Origin: an uncultured Chlorobiaceae bacterium
GTDB lineage: Bacteria > Bacteroidota > Chlorobiia > Chlorobiales > Chlorobiaceae
Direction: 5' to 3'
Assembly: GCA_903839405.1 (NCBI GenBank)
Contig: CAIMCD010000042.1
Coordinates: 2,518 to 66,517 of the forward strand
Length of the DNA: 64,000 nt
A model generated the notes under the pieces. That model ran no database searches, had not been told where the DNA came from, and saw nothing but the letters and a program-made list of their open reading frames with translations. Positions 33,934-42,868 of the stretch are shown here, in pieces; position 1 is the stretch's first letter; every line of letters begins with the position of its first letter. The position numbers and the translations under genes were made by a program.

Positions 33934-34674
33934 ATGAAAAAAATTCTTCCTGCACTTCTCATCCTTTTTTCCCTTGTGACCGCCGGAAACCTCTCTGCCG
34001 CTTCAAGATTTACCGGCATGATGAAGATGAAGCTCACCATCCCGAACGGTACAGCCCAGGTTACCTACCTTATCGGAAAGAGTGCACAGCGCATGGATAT
34101 GGTGATGCAGATGGAAAAAATACCTGAACCGCTGCACACCACGGTCATCACCACCGTATCACAACCCGACCTGGCCACCATCATCAATCATCAGGAGAAA
34201 ACCTACACCCTGGTCAATCTCAAAACCGCAGCCGAGCAATCCATGCTGCTGGATTTTGACAGTAACTACAAGCTGGAGCGGCTTGGAACACAACCTCTCA
34301 AAGGGTACTCATCCGAGCATATCCTCCTCAGCAGTACCACCGAAAAACTTGAACTCTGGATATCGGGCGATCTGGGCAATTTTTCAACCTTCAGAATCCT
34401 GCAGTCACAAAATCCCCGACTCTCCAATACCGCGCTCTCAAAAACACTCAGCACTGCCGGCATTGAAGGGTTCCCGGTCAAAATCATCCAACACAATGCT
34501 AACGGCAACTCCACCATGGAGCTGATGGAAATCAAGCCAAAAACCCTCTCACCCTCAGAGTTCAAAATACCTGCTGGATACCTGAAAGTTGCAAACAATC
34601 AGCAACCCGTCAGCAACAGCCAGAAAGCACACCTGAAAAGCCTTATGGAAAAAATGAAAAAGTTCGAAAAGTAG
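33934..34674 (+). CDS. Exported protein, DUF4412-like
   Basis: Signal peptide MKKILPALLILFSLVTAGNLSAA; E.WIS..LG and F.IPAGY motifs reminiscent of DUF4412. Confidence 0.7.
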   Translation: MKKILPALLILFSLVTAGNLSAASRFTGMMKMKLTIPNGTAQVTYLIGKSAQRMDMVMQMEKIPEPLHTTVITTVSQPDLATIINHQEKTYTLVNLKTAAEQSMLLDFDSNYKLERLGTQPLKGYSSEHILLSSTTEKLELWISGDLGNFSTFRILQSQNPRLSNTALSKTLSTAGIEGFPVKIIQHNANGNSTMELMEIKPKTLSPSEFKIPAGYLKVANNQQPVSNSQKAHLKSLMEKMKKFEK

Positions 34675-34730
34675 GTTGTATATTTTTTCACCAAATTCTT
34701 CTTTAATAACAATCAATTTAACCAAATAAC

Positions 34731-36176
34731 GTGGCAGACAAGATAACGACCCGAAGCGAGGACTATTCCCAATGGTATATTGACCTTGTACGTTCAGCAA
34801 AACTGGCCGATTACGCCGACGTCAGGGGGTGCATGGTCATCCGCCCGAACGGCTATGCAATATGGGAAAAAATGCAGGCGGCCCTTGATGGGATGTTCAA
34901 GGAGACCGGCCATGTCAACGCCTACTTCCCGCTCTTTATTCCCGAAAGCTTTATTGCAAAAGAGGCCGAACATATTGAAGGCTTTGCTCCGGAGTGCGCT
35001 GTTGTCACCCACGGCGGTGGCGCTGAACTGTCGGAAAAGCTCTATGTACGACCCACTTCGGAAACCATCATCTGGTCCTCCTATAAAAAGTGGATCCAGT
35101 CCTACCGCGACCTGCCAATCCTCATCAACCAGTGGGCAAACGTGGTGCGCTGGGAGATGCGAACCCGCCTCTTTTTAAGAACCACCGAGTTTCTCTGGCA
35201 GGAGGGCCATACCGCCCATGCCACGCCCGAAGAGTCGCAGGAGGAGGTGCTTCGCATGATCAACGTTTACAAGACCTTTGCCGAAGAGTATATGGCCATG
35301 CCGGTCATTATGGGCAAAAAAACCGATAGCGAAAAGTTTGCCGGAGCCGTGGAGACCTACTGCATTGAAGCCATGATGCAGGACACCAAGGCGCTTCAGT
35401 CGGGCACCTCGCATAACCTCGGCCAGAATTTCGCCAAGGCATTCGACTGCCAGTTCCAGACCAAAGAGGGGCAACTCGACTATGTATGGGCAACAAGCTG
35501 GGGCGTATCGACCAGGCTGATCGGAGCCCTCATCATGGCCCATTCGGACGATCGCGGCCTGGTGCTGCCACCGAAACTGGCTTCACGTCAAGTGGTCATT
35601 ATCCCGATTCTCAGGGGCGACAAGGCGGCCGTCATTGCACGGGCCGAAGCCTTGGCCGACTCTCTGAAAAAAAGCGGCATCCCCGCCTTTGTCGACAGCA
35701 GCGAACAGAACTCTCCGGGATGGAAGTTTGCCGAATATGAACTGCAGGGTATTCCTGTCCGCATTGAACTCGGACCACGCGATATCCAGAATGGCATCTG
35801 CATTGCCGCCCGCCGCGACACGCTTGAAAAAACCGAATTTGCACTCGACGACTCGCTGCCGCAGAAAATCCGTGAGCTGCTTGATACCATCCAGGGTGAT
35901 ATGTTCCAGAAAGCGCTGCAGTTCCGTAACGACAACACCTTTGAAGTCACCAGTTATGAGGAGTTCAAGGTTGCTATTGAGAAGGGATTTGTGATTGCTC
36001 ACTGGGACGGCACGGCGGAAACCGAGGCGAAAATCAAGGAGGAGACCAAGTCCACAATCAGGGTGCTTCCCGAAGAGGCTGACTATATTGAGCGTTACCA
36101 GATCGACCAGCCGGGAACCTGCATCTACTCCGGCAAACCGGCCGCACGAAAAGCGGTTTTTGCCAAAGCCTATTGA
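34731..36176 (+). CDS. proS: Proline-tRNA ligase (archaeal/eukaryotic type)
   Basis: [39 protein letters not shown] and the C-terminal KAY motif. Confidence 0.97.
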   Translation: MADKITTRSEDYSQWYIDLVRSAKLADYADVRGCMVIRPNGYAIWEKMQAALDGMFKETGHVNAYFPLFIPESFIAKEAEHIEGFAPECAVVTHGGGAELSEKLYVRPTSETIIWSSYKKWIQSYRDLPILINQWANVVRWEMRTRLFLRTTEFLWQEGHTAHATPEESQEEVLRMINVYKTFAEEYMAMPVIMGKKTDSEKFAGAVETYCIEAMMQDTKALQSGTSHNLGQNFAKAFDCQFQTKEGQLDYVWATSWGVSTRLIGALIMAHSDDRGLVLPPKLASRQVVIIPILRGDKAAVIARAEALADSLKKSGIPAFVDSSEQNSPGWKFAEYELQGIPVRIELGPRDIQNGICIAARRDTLEKTEFALDDSLPQKIRELLDTIQGDMFQKALQFRNDNTFEVTSYEEFKVAIEKGFVIAHWDGTAETEAKIKEETKSTIRVLPEEADYIERYQIDQPGTCIYSGKPAARKAVFAKAY

Positions 36177-36246
36177 TTCACTCCCCCGCTCTACATCCAT
36201 TACCCCCGATCTCGATGATGAGAACGGGGGTAGCGGTAAAAAAAGA

Positions 36247-36837
36247 TCAGGCCTCTTTAAAGAACTCCTTCAGCCCTTCATCGGTCGGTTTCATGGTCTT
36301 GTCGCCCTTGTTCCAGTTGGCCGGGCAGACTTCACCGTACTGCTCGGTAAACTGCAAGGCATCCACAAGCCGAAGCACCTCATCAACATTGCGGCCAAGC
36401 GGCAGGTCGTTGACAACCTGGTGACGCACAATGCCCTCCTTGTCAATCAGGAAAAGCCCTCTGAGTGCAATCCCGGCGCCCTCAAGCAGCACATCATAAT
36501 CGGCAGAAATGGTCTTGTTGATATCCGAAAGCAGCGTATAGGTAACACCCTCAATTCCACCACGGTTTCTCGGGGTGCTGAGCCATGCGAAATGGGAGAA
36601 CTTGGAATCGACCGAGCAACCCAGCAGCTCAACATTGCGTTTACGGAACTCCTCAAGCTTGTCCTGAAAAGCGTGCAGCTCGGTTGGGCAAACAAAGGTA
36701 AAGTCAAGCGGATAGAAAAAAAGCACCACATACTTGCCCTTGAAATCGGAAAGTTTGCAAGAGTCAACAAACTGCGAGCCGTTAACAACAGCATCAACAT
36801 TAAAATCCGGAGCCTTACGGCCGACAAGCACACCCAT
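36247..36837 (-). CDS. ahpC: 2-Cys peroxiredoxin (AhpC/TSA)
   Basis: FYPLDFTFVCPTE and EVCPANW motifs. Confidence 0.93.
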   Translation of the reverse strand: MGVLVGRKAPDFNVDAVVNGSQFVDSCKLSDFKGKYVVLFFYPLDFTFVCPTELHAFQDKLEEFRKRNVELLGCSVDSKFSHFAWLSTPRNRGGIEGVTYTLLSDINKTISADYDVLLEGAGIALRGLFLIDKEGIVRHQVVNDLPLGRNVDEVLRLVDALQFTEQYGEVCPANWNKGDKTMKPTDEGLKEFFKEA

Positions 36838-36898
36838 TATTGTTCTCCTTTTTTAATAACACTTTAAGAAAAAGCCACAAATAAGACCTATTGAATCC

Positions 36899-36927
36899 AG
36901 TATAACATATTTCCCGGTTTTTGCCAA
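36899..36927 (-). promoter_or_regulatory. Predicted sigma70 promoter of the peroxiredoxin gene
   Basis: Minus strand reads TTGGCA (36927-36922), 17 nt, TATACT (36904-36899), with an extended -10 TG. Confidence 0.55.
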
Positions 36928-37051
36928 AGGAAAGAAGCACAAAGAGCTACAAAGCACACACTCTCTTTGACGGAGTATAACATGGAGAGTGGCTGAATAA
37001 ATCCGACTCTCTTGAAATCAAATTATCGCACAAGCCAAGAGTTTCAGACTC

Positions 37052-37636
37052 CTACACCAGCACCTGTTTTGCTTTGGCGTAGAACTTCTTTCGTTCATCC
37101 ATGCCGTTGTATCCGCCGTTGATGGTGATACTGATAAACTCAACCGGCGAGACATTAATAATATTTCCCCGATACTTTTTCTTCAAAACGTCACTGTCCG
37201 CATGGTTGGCAATGTCGTTGAGACCTCGCGACAGCCAGTACTCGCAGGCGCTCCACACCGCGTATTCAGGCTCGGCAAGCAGCTCCGGCTTATTGATAAA
37301 GAGATCGCTGTTTCCTTTTTTCACACCAAGCTGTTGGTAGTTGCTCCGCCCTGTAGTCTGAAAGATTCCGCGACCCTTGTATTTGACTCCGTCGCCCGGA
37401 TGCGTGTTTCCAAGGTCGGCCCGACCTTCGTATGCCTTGCCTGAAGCGTACTCCTGAAAGGTCTTGAAGTGATCGGTCTCATGGCAGGCCTGGGCCAGAA
37501 AGTGCGAATACTCCTGGGGCGTGTCAATTTCATAGGAGGGGCAGGTTTTGTTGAGCCACACCACGAGATTCGCCATCAAAGGTGTGGAGAGGCCGGCAAT
37601 GGCGGTAAGATGCTCGAGCTTGATGGTGTAGGGCAT
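37052..37636 (-). CDS. Glycoside hydrolase family 19 (endolysin/chitinase-like)
   Basis: FLAQACHET (catalytic Glu), YEGRADLGNT..GDG.KYKGRGIFQTTGRSNY, ING.YNG..ER motifs; no signal peptide. Confidence 0.9.
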   Translation of the reverse strand: MPYTIKLEHLTAIAGLSTPLMANLVVWLNKTCPSYEIDTPQEYSHFLAQACHETDHFKTFQEYASGKAYEGRADLGNTHPGDGVKYKGRGIFQTTGRSNYQQLGVKKGNSDLFINKPELLAEPEYAVWSACEYWLSRGLNDIANHADSDVLKKKYRGNIINVSPVEFISITINGGYNGMDERKKFYAKAKQVLV

Positions 37637-37703
37637 AAGACTCTCCTGTAGGATAAAGGTTTAATCGCCTGAAACGTGGAACCCTCCGGAATGGTGGTTC
37701 CCG

Positions 37704-38075
37704 CTAATCGAGCAGCCACTCAATGGCACGCTGACGATCATGGAAAATTTTGACATTAAAGCCACGATTAAAACAGGTGGTTTCCCAGAATTCTACATGA
37801 TCGGAGCTAACTGAACTGCCAGCCACGAGCACCGCCTCCTTTAAGGTGTGGGAAGTCGCTTCGGCGAGGATAAAATCCGCAAGAAAAAAGAGATCCGTAA
37901 AAGAGTGGCCTCCATCAAGCAACGAGCAATCGGCCAGAAACAACACCCTCTCGTGCTCACGGGCCAACGTGATGGTTTCACTGACAGCCTGATATAATTC
38001 ACTCTGGGAAAGAAGACCCGAATAGCGTGTCTCAATAACCGGATGATCAGAGTGAAGGGTAATCGACCAGGGCAT
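37704..38075 (-). CDS. Hypothetical protein, possibly SpoIIAA/STAS-SEC14-like
   Basis: 123 aa alpha/beta pattern (L.D....G; F..R..A..WL C-terminus). Confidence 0.6.
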   Translation of the reverse strand: MPWSITLHSDHPVIETRYSGLLSQSELYQAVSETITLAREHERVLFLADCSLLDGGHSFTDLFFLADFILAEATSHTLKEAVLVAGSSVSSDHVEFWETTCFNRGFNVKIFHDRQRAIEWLLD

Positions 38076-38170
38076 AATGCTCTCCGCAGATAGGAGGTTG
38101 GAGAATCAGGCTGCGTTAATATGTCAATAAAGTTAGCTCAAAAGCACAAAAGTTCATCATAAAAATTCGC

Positions 38171-38719
38171 TCACCGCCGCGTGGCAGGCCCTGTGGATTC
38201 CGCTCTCTTCAGCAGCTTCCGGCCTCTTGATTTCATGGCTGGTGTAGCATCAAGGAGCTGCTCCCTGATTGCGTCAAGAACCAACTCCCGGAGCGGCTCG
38301 TACTGCACGCCAAGATCCAGAAGTGCCTGCATGGCAAAGGTTTTAACAATGCTGCTCGGAGCGTGCATATAACTCATCAGAATCTCAACGACGGCCATCT
38401 GCTCCCGCTCGCTTAGTGGGATGCGCACCAGCATCGGGGCAACATGCCAGCGAACCTCCGGCTGCTCGATCCCCGCAAGGGTGCCTAGTAGCAGCTCCCG
38501 GTATGGCAGCAGGTACTCCGGATGGATGAGGGTAACCTTCTCCAGAACATCGGCAGAGCGCATACGGATCAGCGGATTATCCAGAAGCAAGCCTGAAAAC
38601 AGCACATCAATCAAGGCCGGATCTTTGAGCACACAGGCCACCACCTCATTGGCTCGCCCGATTGAACGCCGGTCGCCTCCATCAAGCAGTTTCAGTATCT
38701 GGTGCATACCCGGACTCAT
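38171..38719 (-). CDS. Hypothetical helical (HEAT/ARM-like) protein
   Basis: GGDRRSIG..., IRMRSAD.LEK and VRWH motifs; ATG at 38719 overlaps the upstream TGA (ATGA), so the start is placed there. Confidence 0.7.
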   Translation of the reverse strand: MSPGMHQILKLLDGGDRRSIGRANEVVACVLKDPALIDVLFSGLLLDNPLIRMRSADVLEKVTLIHPEYLLPYRELLLGTLAGIEQPEVRWHVAPMLVRIPLSEREQMAVVEILMSYMHAPSSIVKTFAMQALLDLGVQYEPLRELVLDAIREQLLDATPAMKSRGRKLLKRAESTGPATRR

Positions 38720-39336
38720 TCTGCTAAAAGCTTCATGGGTTGACGGATAACGGTTTTCCATTTCGCGGGATCGGCTTTGCGGATATCACTCAGATAAATT
38801 TCGTGATGCTTTCCGGTTCTTGTTCCTACGGTATCAATAAACCGGTGTACCCGCTCAATTGTCGGTGCCTCTTCGGAGAAGGGGCCAATATGCAGAATCT
38901 GTGCACACACTCCTTCCGTGAACGCCTCGAATCGTACTTTTGACAGTGCAGGAGAGTTTTTCTTCTTCTTCACCTCCATCAGCGCATCGGCAATCATCTC
39001 TCCGGTAACAAAATCCGGTTGCATGATCATCGCCGTCCACTTCCACGAGGATTTGTCATCGCCCGGAAAAACACGCATATCATCCGCCCACCAGAGCCCT
39101 TCGAGCGGCATGACGCCGTAATCAATTGCCATGCTCCCCTTTTTAACCATGAACTTCACGGTATACGAGAGCGCAAAAAGCGCCTGAATGGCTTCAGCGT
39201 AGGATTGCGAGGTATTGGGATCGCCTTCACCATCCACCATCAAAAAATTCATGGTGGGCACATCAACCTGCACCACCTCTTTGGCCGAAGGCTGATAGAG
39301 ATGCTTCAGCTCCTTTTTAAAATCAATTTTTTCCAT
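38716..39336 (-). CDS. GyrI-like small-molecule-binding protein
   Basis: FLMVDG.GDPN, PLEGLWW, WKWTAMI.QPD, H.GPFS.E and HHEIYLSD motifs. Confidence 0.85.
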   Translation of the reverse strand: MEKIDFKKELKHLYQPSAKEVVQVDVPTMNFLMVDGEGDPNTSQSYAEAIQALFALSYTVKFMVKKGSMAIDYGVMPLEGLWWADDMRVFPGDDKSSWKWTAMIMQPDFVTGEMIADALMEVKKKKNSPALSKVRFEAFTEGVCAQILHIGPFSEEAPTIERVHRFIDTVGTRTGKHHEIYLSDIRKADPAKWKTVIRQPMKLLAE

Positions 39337-39600
39337 TTGGACCAGCTCATGAAAAGTGCTGACAAAAATCAGGGTAAAGAGGCCGCATCAACGTTTGAAC
39401 CTGATCAGTTTCTCCGTTGAGAACAAAATAAAAAATAACCAGTTTCCATAAAAGGCCCTACCGGCATCCGCTGGCGGCAGAACTCTTGTTGAGATTCGCC
39501 GCTCTGGCGTGAATGCTTTTCGTGTTTAGCGCTTCGCCGTTTTCACGCTTTATGTGTATCTTGAGGGCATACAGCCTGTTACCACTACACATGCTCGCTT

Positions 39601-40902
39601 ATGCAAACCTACTTCAACTTCAAGGAGCACGGCACCAGCTTCCGGCAGGAAACGATTGCCGGTATTACGACCTTCTTCACCCTCTCCTATATCATTGTGG
39701 TCAATCCGGCCATCCTTGCCGCTGCGGGGATTCCCATAGGGGCTTCGATGACGGCCACCATCCTCACGTCAATCTTCGGCACCCTCTTGATGGGGGTTTA
39801 CGCCAAGCGCCCCTTTGCCGTGGCGCCCTACATGGGCGAGAATGCCTTTATTGCCTACACGGTGGTGAAAACCCTCGGTTACTCATGGCAAACCGCTATG
39901 GCAGCAATCTTTATCAGCGGCGTGCTCTTTACCCTCATCACCCTTGGCGGGCTCCGCCAGTGGCTGGCCAAAGCAATTCCGGGCACTCTCAAACACAGCT
40001 TTTCAGCGGGGATCGGCCTCTTTCTCGCGTTCCTCGGCCTCAACGATATGGGGCTCATCTCGCTCGGCGTGCCCGGCGCTCCGGTACAACTGGCCAACAT
40101 TGCCAAGCTCCCGGTGCTGTTGAGCCTTGGCGGGCTGCTCATTACGGCCGTGCTTCTGATCCAGCGGGTCACCGGAGCAATTCTTGCCGGAATGGCCGTC
40201 ACCACGGCCGCATTTCTCCTCACCGGCCTTGTACCCATTCCACACAGCGCAATGAGTTTGCCGCCCTCGATTGAGCCGATCTTTATGAAAATTGATATGC
40301 AGGGAGCGCTCACCTGGGGATTTGCCGGGGTGATTACCAGTGTGCTGGTGATGGATTTTGTTGATACCATGGGCACCCTGTTCGGCCTCTCCTCAAGAGC
40401 CAACCTGCTGGACGATGAAGATAATCTGCCGGAAATAGAGAAGCCGATGCTGGTTGACGCCCTCTCAACCATTGCCGCTGCGCTCTTCGGCACCACCACG
40501 GCAGGGGTCTATATCGAGTCGGCCGCCGGTATTGAGCAGGGCGGAAAAACCGGATTCACCGCGCTTGTGGTTGCCGGGCTCTTCGCCCTTGCCCTCTTCT
40601 TTTCACCCGTGCTGACCATTGTGCCGCCCTACGCCTACGGCCCGGCACTGGTGGTGGTGGGGATGTTCATGCTGCAATCGGTAACCAAATTCAACTTCAC
40701 CGACTACAGCGAACTGCTCCCGGCATTTCTGACCATTGCGCTGATGATTTTCACCTTCAATATCGGTGTCGGCATCACGGCCGGCTTTATTGCCTATGTT
40801 GTGCTGAAACTCTTTACCGGCAGGGCGAGAGAGGTGCGTTCCGGCATGTGGATACTTGCCCTGCTTTCGTTTACCTTTTATCTTTTCTACCCTTACCATT
40901 AA
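39601..40902 (+). CDS. NCS2/AzgA-family nucleobase permease
   Basis: E..AG.TTF.T..YII.VNP, APYMGENAF, DTMGTL and ESAAGIEQGGKTG motifs. Confidence 0.92.
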   Translation: MQTYFNFKEHGTSFRQETIAGITTFFTLSYIIVVNPAILAAAGIPIGASMTATILTSIFGTLLMGVYAKRPFAVAPYMGENAFIAYTVVKTLGYSWQTAMAAIFISGVLFTLITLGGLRQWLAKAIPGTLKHSFSAGIGLFLAFLGLNDMGLISLGVPGAPVQLANIAKLPVLLSLGGLLITAVLLIQRVTGAILAGMAVTTAAFLLTGLVPIPHSAMSLPPSIEPIFMKIDMQGALTWGFAGVITSVLVMDFVDTMGTLFGLSSRANLLDDEDNLPEIEKPMLVDALSTIAAALFGTTTAGVYIESAAGIEQGGKTGFTALVVAGLFALALFFSPVLTIVPPYAYGPALVVVGMFMLQSVTKFNFTDYSELLPAFLTIALMIFTFNIGVGITAGFIAYVVLKLFTGRAREVRSGMWILALLSFTFYLFYPYH

Positions 40903-40908
40903 ACCACC

Positions 40909-41766
40909 ATGCTCAACCCGAAACTCCGCATAGCCCAGATCGACTGCACACTTGCCAACTTTGAGGAGAACCTGCACCACCACTGCAAGCTGGCGGAAGA
41001 GGCTATCCGCGACGGAGCCGATGCCATTGCCTTCCCCGAGCTCTCCCTGACGGGCTACAACGTGCAGGACGCCGCGCAGGATATTGCCATGCATATTTCG
41101 GACAAACGGCTTGACCCCCTGCGGGAGCTGAGCCGGAAAATCACCATTATCTCGGGAGGCATTGAGCTGAGCGACGATTACGGCGTCTACAACTCAGCCT
41201 TCATGTTTGAGGAGGGGACGGCCCAGAGCATCCACCGCAAAATCTACCTGCCAACTTACGGCATGTTCGAGGAGCTGCGCTACTTCTCCGCCGGCCAGCA
41301 GATCAAGGCGGTCAACTCAAAAAAGCTTGGCCGGATCGGCGTGGCCATCTGTGAGGATTTCTGGCATGTTTCGGTGCCCTACCTGCTGGCCAACCAGGGC
41401 GCAAAGCTGCTCTTTGTGCTCATGTCGAGCCCGCTGCGCGTTTCGCCGGGCCCCGGCACTCCGGCCATTGTGACCCAGTGGCAGACCATTGCCTCCACCT
41501 ACGCCTTCCTTTTCAGCAGTTACGTGGCCTGCGTCAACCGCGTTGGCAACGAAGACAGCTTCACCTACTGGGGCAGCTCCTCCCTCACCGGCCCGGACGG
41601 GACCGTGGTGCAGGCCGCTCCCCTTTTTGAACCGCATGTGATGGACGCCCGGCTCGACTTTATGGAGATCAAACGCACCCGCCTCCACTCCTCCCACTTC
41701 CTCGACGAAGATCTCCGCCTCATCAGCGCCGAACTGAACGAGATCATTGCATCTAAACGACGATGA
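40909..41766 (+). CDS. Carbon-nitrogen hydrolase (nitrilase superfamily)
   Basis: E-K-C catalytic triad in FPELSLTGY, HRKIYLP and AICED. Confidence 0.88.
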   Translation: MLNPKLRIAQIDCTLANFEENLHHHCKLAEEAIRDGADAIAFPELSLTGYNVQDAAQDIAMHISDKRLDPLRELSRKITIISGGIELSDDYGVYNSAFMFEEGTAQSIHRKIYLPTYGMFEELRYFSAGQQIKAVNSKKLGRIGVAICEDFWHVSVPYLLANQGAKLLFVLMSSPLRVSPGPGTPAIVTQWQTIASTYAFLFSSYVACVNRVGNEDSFTYWGSSSLTGPDGTVVQAAPLFEPHVMDARLDFMEIKRTRLHSSHFLDEDLRLISAELNEIIASKRR

Positions 41767-41769
41767 AGA

Positions 41770-41817
41770 GGAACTCACGATATGAGAAATGCAGCAACTA
41801 TTAAGAAAGAGAAATGA
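41770..41817 (+). pseudogene. Probable 3' stump of a deleted higB toxin gene
   Basis: Translates GTHDMRNAATIKKEK*, resembling the HigB C-terminus (GTH..YD.I.A.TI); its TGA overlaps the higA ATG (ATGA). Very short, so tentative. Confidence 0.45.
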
Positions 41818-42167
41818 ACATCAAGCCAATAAAAACAGAAGCCGACTACCAGCAGGCACTCCAGCGTCTTGAGGAGACACGTGAAGCAAAGCCTAATACC
41901 GTAGAAGGCGACGAGCTGGAAATCCTTGGAATTTTAATCGAGCATTACGAAGAGGAGTACTTCCCTATTGAGATGCCTGACGCAGTGGAAGCAATAAAGT
42001 TCCGCATGGATCAGATGGGACTTGATCAACAGGATTTGAGTGGAATAATCGGATCGAAAAGCCGGACAAGTGAAATTTTAAACCGCAACCGTCCTTTATC
42101 AATCCGCCAGATTCGTGTACTACAAAAAGAGCTCAACATTCCTGCCCATGTTTTGCTAAAGGAGTAA
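41814..42167 (+). CDS. higA: HigA-type antitoxin (HTH)
   Basis: IKPIKTEADY..AL, ILIEHYEE, DAVEAIKFRMDQMGL and SEILNR.RPLSI.QI motifs. Confidence 0.85.
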   Translation: MNIKPIKTEADYQQALQRLEETREAKPNTVEGDELEILGILIEHYEEEYFPIEMPDAVEAIKFRMDQMGLDQQDLSGIIGSKSRTSEILNRNRPLSIRQIRVLQKELNIPAHVLLKE

Positions 42168-42413
42168 TAAACGTTATAAGCCGAACCCTCAGAGGCTGAT
42201 GATCGCTGAACAAAACAGAATCATTGAAGGGAAAGCGAAGATGAAAATGAACAACATCAGGTTTCCAGAAAGTCGAAAACTATATTCTATGTACTTTAAA
42301 TTATCACAAAAAGATGCTTGTTCAACTCTAAAAGCAGCACAGCATCACCTATATTGAATCTAAGTGTAAGACCGTTCTAATAATCCCCATAATTCCTGCG
42401 AAATAATACGAAC

Positions 42414-42719
42414 ATGAAAAAAACTATTTTTTTTCTCGGATTTTTTTTAACAGCCTCGTCTGCATTTGCAGCTCACTATGTTAATGGGTATACAAAATCA
42501 AACGGGACTTATGTTTCTGGTCATATGGCAGCTACCCCTAATGCAAATCGTTGGGACAATCCAAGCTCCCAAAGTCAAGGCGGAGGACATCATGATGAAT
42601 TCAGTACTCCTTCTGCTACAAATAAAAGCAACGCAACTTGGGGGTCTCATGACAATGATGGTGATGGTGTATCGAACAGCACTGATCGATATCCCGAATC
42701 AAAACAAAAAGGATGGTAA
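42414..42719 (+). CDS. Small secreted hypothetical protein
   Basis: Signal peptide ending SAFA; V.GY.K.NGTYV.GH motif; DNDGDGV..STDRYP Ca-binding-like motif; visibly AT-rich codons. Confidence 0.75.
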   Translation: MKKTIFFLGFFLTASSAFAAHYVNGYTKSNGTYVSGHMAATPNANRWDNPSSQSQGGGHHDEFSTPSATNKSNATWGSHDNDGDGVSNSTDRYPESKQKGW

Positions 42720-42790
42720 CTAATCTACTGCTTTAACCTCCCTACTCCCTTTTCAACTTTCCAATAGCTATAACATTGTGTTCTAATCAT

Positions 42791-42824
42791 AAGGGATCGT
42801 AAACCGAAATTTACGATCCCTTTT
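42791..42824. terminator. Terminator hairpin between the small secreted-protein gene and ispE
   Basis: AAGGGATCGTAAA/TTTACGATCCCTT 13-bp perfect stem. Confidence 0.75.
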
Positions 42825-42868
42825 CACATTCTGATTCTCAAAATCATCCCCTACACCCCAATCACCCC

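Noticed and set aside
34731-36176. Archaeal/eukaryotic-type ProRS as a sign of horizontal transfer
   Set aside because: This type is the usual one in Bacteroidota/Chlorobiota.
37052-39336. Prophage around the GH19 gene
   Set aside because: No integrase, terminase, capsid, tail, holin or att sites are visible.
39440-39480. Purine-riboswitch-like words (CCATAAAAGGCCCTACCGG) upstream of the NCS2 permease
   Set aside because: The P2/P3 hairpins and kissing loops of the purine aptamer cannot be built around the CTACC core.
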